DNA of 64,000 bases from an uncultured cyanobacterium (GTDB lineage Bacteria > Cyanobacteriota > Cyanobacteriia > PCC-6307 > Cyanobiaceae): the NCBI GenBank assembly GCA_963765575.1, contig CAVXWZ010000011.1, positions 192,001-256,000 of the forward strand, read 5' to 3'. Positions 61,436-64,000 of the stretch are shown one piece after another. The notes below the pieces were generated by a model, which was not told the DNA's origin, made no database searches, and saw only the letters and a program-made list of their open reading frames with translations. Within the stretch, counting starts at the first letter, position 1; each line of letters starts with the position of its first letter. Position numbers and translations under genes: made by a program.

Positions 61436-62224
61436 CTACGCGGGCAGGGGGCTGCCGTCGTGGCAGCGCATCACCCGCCCGGCGCCGCGCAGCTCCTGGC
61501 GGTAGTGCCGGGCCACCGGGTGGCCGTTGCGGGGGCTGAGATCGTCGATGCCGAGACCGTCACGGCCGTGCTCCCGGCCGGAGCTGTGCAGGTAGCGGCC
61601 CCCGCCCAGATGCAGCCCCACGTGGGTGCAGCGCCGGGGGCTGCCGAAGAAGATCAGATCCCCCGGCTCCAGCAGCTGGGTCTGGTCGGGCCGCAGGGCC
61701 ACCGGCTGGCAGAAGCGCTCCTGCAGGTAGGCATCGCGCGGCAGCCAGATGCCGGCGCTGGCGTAGGCGGCCTGCACCAGGCCGGAACAGTCGAAGTCGG
61801 GGCCGATGGCGCCTCCCCACAGGTAGCTGTTGGGGCGCTCCGCCGCCGCCAGCGCCCAGGCCAGCACCTGGGTCAGCCGCGGCCGGATGGCCCACCGCTG
61901 CAGCAGCCGGGGCTGCGGTCGGGAGGCCGCCACGGCGATCCCCAGCAGCGCCGCCGGCGCCACCCAGCCGGGATAGCCGTCCTCCAGCAGGCGCACCCGC
62001 ACCCGCCCTGCAGCCGCCCCGTGCGGGTCGGCCGCCGCTGGGCCCAGCACCTGCAGCCGCCGCCCCGCCGCAGCCTGGGTGGCGAGGCCCTCGCCATGGG
62101 GCCGGGCGTGCAGGTTGAGCGGGGCCCGCAGTTGCCAGATGCTGCCGGGCCTCAGCAGCTCCACGGCCACCGGGCTGCCATCGCTCGGGGCTGGGGCGGA
62201 TGGATCGGGGGGCAGGGGGGGCAT
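61436..62224 (-). CDS. NlpC/P60 (C40) peptidase
   Basis: YLWGG..FDCSGLVQ, PGDLIFF and HVGL motifs. Confidence 0.92.
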   Translation of the reverse strand: MPPLPPDPSAPAPSDGSPVAVELLRPGSIWQLRAPLNLHARPHGEGLATQAAAGRRLQVLGPAAADPHGAAAGRVRVRLLEDGYPGWVAPAALLGIAVAASRPQPRLLQRWAIRPRLTQVLAWALAAAERPNSYLWGGAIGPDFDCSGLVQAAYASAGIWLPRDAYLQERFCQPVALRPDQTQLLEPGDLIFFGSPRRCTHVGLHLGGGRYLHSSGREHGRDGLGIDDLSPRNGHPVARHYRQELRGAGRVMRCHDGSPLPA

Positions 62225-62256
62225 GCCTAATCTCGCCGCAATGGTTGCCGGATTCG

Positions 62257-63180
62257 ATGGCGTTCTACAGCCCCACTCCGGCCATGGACCAGACCTTGGC
62301 GGACCTGGTGCGGGCGCTGGAACTGCAGGATCGTGCCGGCCTGGCCCAACGGCTCTCGATCACCTGGGTGCGCTACTCCGTGGCCCTGTCCGGGCTGGGT
62401 GGTGCTGAGGCCGCCCCTCCGCTGGCCGCCCAGGGGGCGAGCTGGGCGGGCAACCGCCAGCGCTACCCGGCCAGTGTGATCAAGCTGGTGTATCTGATCG
62501 CCGCCGAGGCCTGGCTGCAGGACGACCTGCTGCCGGACGATGTCGAGCTGCGCCGCGCCCTGGCGGCGATGATCCAGGAGTCCAGCAACGATGCCACCGG
62601 GCTGGTGGTGGACCTGCTCAGCGGCACCACCAGCGGCCCGTCGCTGCCGGCCGAAGCCATGGCCAGCTGGATGGGCCAGCGGCAGCTGGTGAACAGCTGG
62701 CTGGCCGCGCTCGACTGGACCGAACTCGAGGGCGTCAATGCCTGTCAGAAGACATGGGGCGATGGGCCCTTCGGCCGGGAGAGAGAGTTCTACGGGGCCA
62801 GCTTCGAGAACCGCAACCGCCTGAGCAGCGACGCCAGTGCCCGGCTGCTGCAGGCCGTGATGGCCTCGGCCCTGGTCTCGCCACCGGCCTGCGCACGCAT
62901 GCAGGCCCTGCTGGCCCGCAGTCTCGATCCGGAGCAGCGGGCGGCCGATCCCGAGAACCAGGTGGATGGCTTCCTGGGCGAGGGCCTGCCCCCGGGGGCG
63001 CGGCTGTGGAGCAAGGCGGGCTGGATGAGCGCGGCCCGTCACGACGCCGCCTACGTGGAAGCCGAGGGTCACAACCCCTTCCTGCTGGTGGTGTTCAGCG
63101 AAGGGGTGGACTGCGCGGCCGATGCCACCCTGCTGCCCGAGATCGCCCGCCGGCTCAGCGCCGTCTGCAGGATCGAGTGA
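62257..63180 (+). CDS. serine hydrolase (class A beta-lactamase-like)
   Basis: PASVIK (SxxK), SSNDAT, SKAG and RHDAAY motifs. Confidence 0.9.
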   Translation: MAFYSPTPAMDQTLADLVRALELQDRAGLAQRLSITWVRYSVALSGLGGAEAAPPLAAQGASWAGNRQRYPASVIKLVYLIAAEAWLQDDLLPDDVELRRALAAMIQESSNDATGLVVDLLSGTTSGPSLPAEAMASWMGQRQLVNSWLAALDWTELEGVNACQKTWGDGPFGREREFYGASFENRNRLSSDASARLLQAVMASALVSPPACARMQALLARSLDPEQRAADPENQVDGFLGEGLPPGARLWSKAGWMSAARHDAAYVEAEGHNPFLLVVFSEGVDCAADATLLPEIARRLSAVCRIE

Positions 63181-63187
63181 TGGTCAA

Positions 63188-63276
63188 CGGAGAGGGAGGG
63201 ATTCGAACCCTCGACAGAAGTTGCCTCCTGTAACTCCTTAGCAGGGAGCCGCTTTCAACCACTCAGCCACCTCTCC
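63188..63276 (-). tRNA. tRNA-Ser(GCT)
   Basis: GGAGAGGTGGCTGAGTGGTTGAAAGC; anticodon loop CTGCTAA; long variable arm; GTTCGAATC. Confidence 0.96.
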
Positions 63277-63294
63277 AGGGGCCCATTGAGCCTA

Positions 63295-64000
63295 TCAGCG
63301 CACCGCCTGGATGCCGCCAGAGGCCAGGCGGGGCAGCCGGTGCTTGAAGCCGCAGAGGATCTCCCAGGGAATGGTGCCGCAGCGCTCGCTCCACTCCGCC
63401 GGCGTGATCTCCTGGTCGCCATCGCGGCCGAGCAGGGTCACCGCCGCCCCCACCTCCAGGGCCGGGCAATCGGTGACATCCACCACCAGCTGATCCATCG
63501 TGATCGCCCCCACCTGGGGCAGCCGCTGGCCGTGGGCGAGCACATCGAGCTGGTTGGAGAGCAGGCGCGGTACCCCGTCGGCATAGCCGATCGCCAGCAC
63601 GGCCAGCCGGCTCGGCCGCTGGGTGTGAAAGCGGTGGCCGTAGCTCACCCCCACCCCGGCAGCCACCTCCCGGATGAGGGTCACGCGGGCATGCAGACGC
63701 ATCGCCGGCTGCAGGTTCAGTACGCCGCTCAGATGGGCGGCTGGCGGGTGCCCGTAGAGGGCCAGTCCGACCCGCACCAGGTCGTAGTGCAGGCGTGCGT
63801 TGCTCAAGGTGCCGGCGGAGTTGGCCAGGTGGCAGCAGCCCGGGTCGAGGCCCTGCTGCCGCAGGCGCGTGAGCACCGCCTCGAAGCGCTGGTGCTGCTC
63901 TCGGGTGAGGCCGCCGTCGCTGCCGGGGGGCAGATCGGCGCTGGCGAGATGGGAGTAGACGCCAGCCAGGTGCACGTCATCGAGCCCCGCGACCGCCGCC
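63295..64000 (-). CDS. alr: alanine racemase, 5'-partial
   Basis: YSHLASAD, HLANSAG, VRVGLALYG, IGYADG, MDQ and TIPWEI motifs. Confidence 0.96.
   Translation of the reverse strand, partial: AAVAGLDDVHLAGVYSHLASADLPPGSDGGLTREQHQRFEAVLTRLRQQGLDPGCCHLANSAGTLSNARLHYDLVRVGLALYGHPPAAHLSGVLNLQPAMRLHARVTLIREVAAGVGVSYGHRFHTQRPSRLAVLAIGYADGVPRLLSNQLDVLAHGQRLPQVGAITMDQLVVDVTDCPALEVGAAVTLLGRDGDQEITPAEWSERCGTIPWEILCGFKHRLPRLASGGIQAVR

Overview
High-GC picocyanobacterial chromosome segment (Cyanobium/Synechococcus-like), made up mostly of core genes: ileS, crtR, gatC, ndhP, pyrB, coaBC, psbO, sat, ftsH, eda, aroC, psbA, cofG, clpS, dapL, rne-rnhB, pheA, the str operon (rpsL-rpsG-fusA-tuf-rpsJ), Fd-GOGAT, lipA, cobJ, psaAB, psaIL and alr, plus four tRNAs. 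Three regions stand out. (1) At 9.75-10.0 kb, a structured non-coding region on the minus strand has two tandem terminators and a perfect 16-nt long-range complementarity, resembling an attenuator or an sRNA/antisense pair. (2) At about 10.3-12.84 kb, an island at the 3' end of tRNA-Ala holds a shattered PEP-CTERM-like surface protein gene and remnants of about six toxin-antitoxin families, with every toxin broken or missing. (3) At 24.6-25.96 kb there is a lower-GC glycosyltransferase insert. Five core genes carry single-base frameshifts, most likely sequencing or assembly errors. rnhB appears to need a CTG start. All family assignments come from reading the sequence and remembered motifs; no database search was run.
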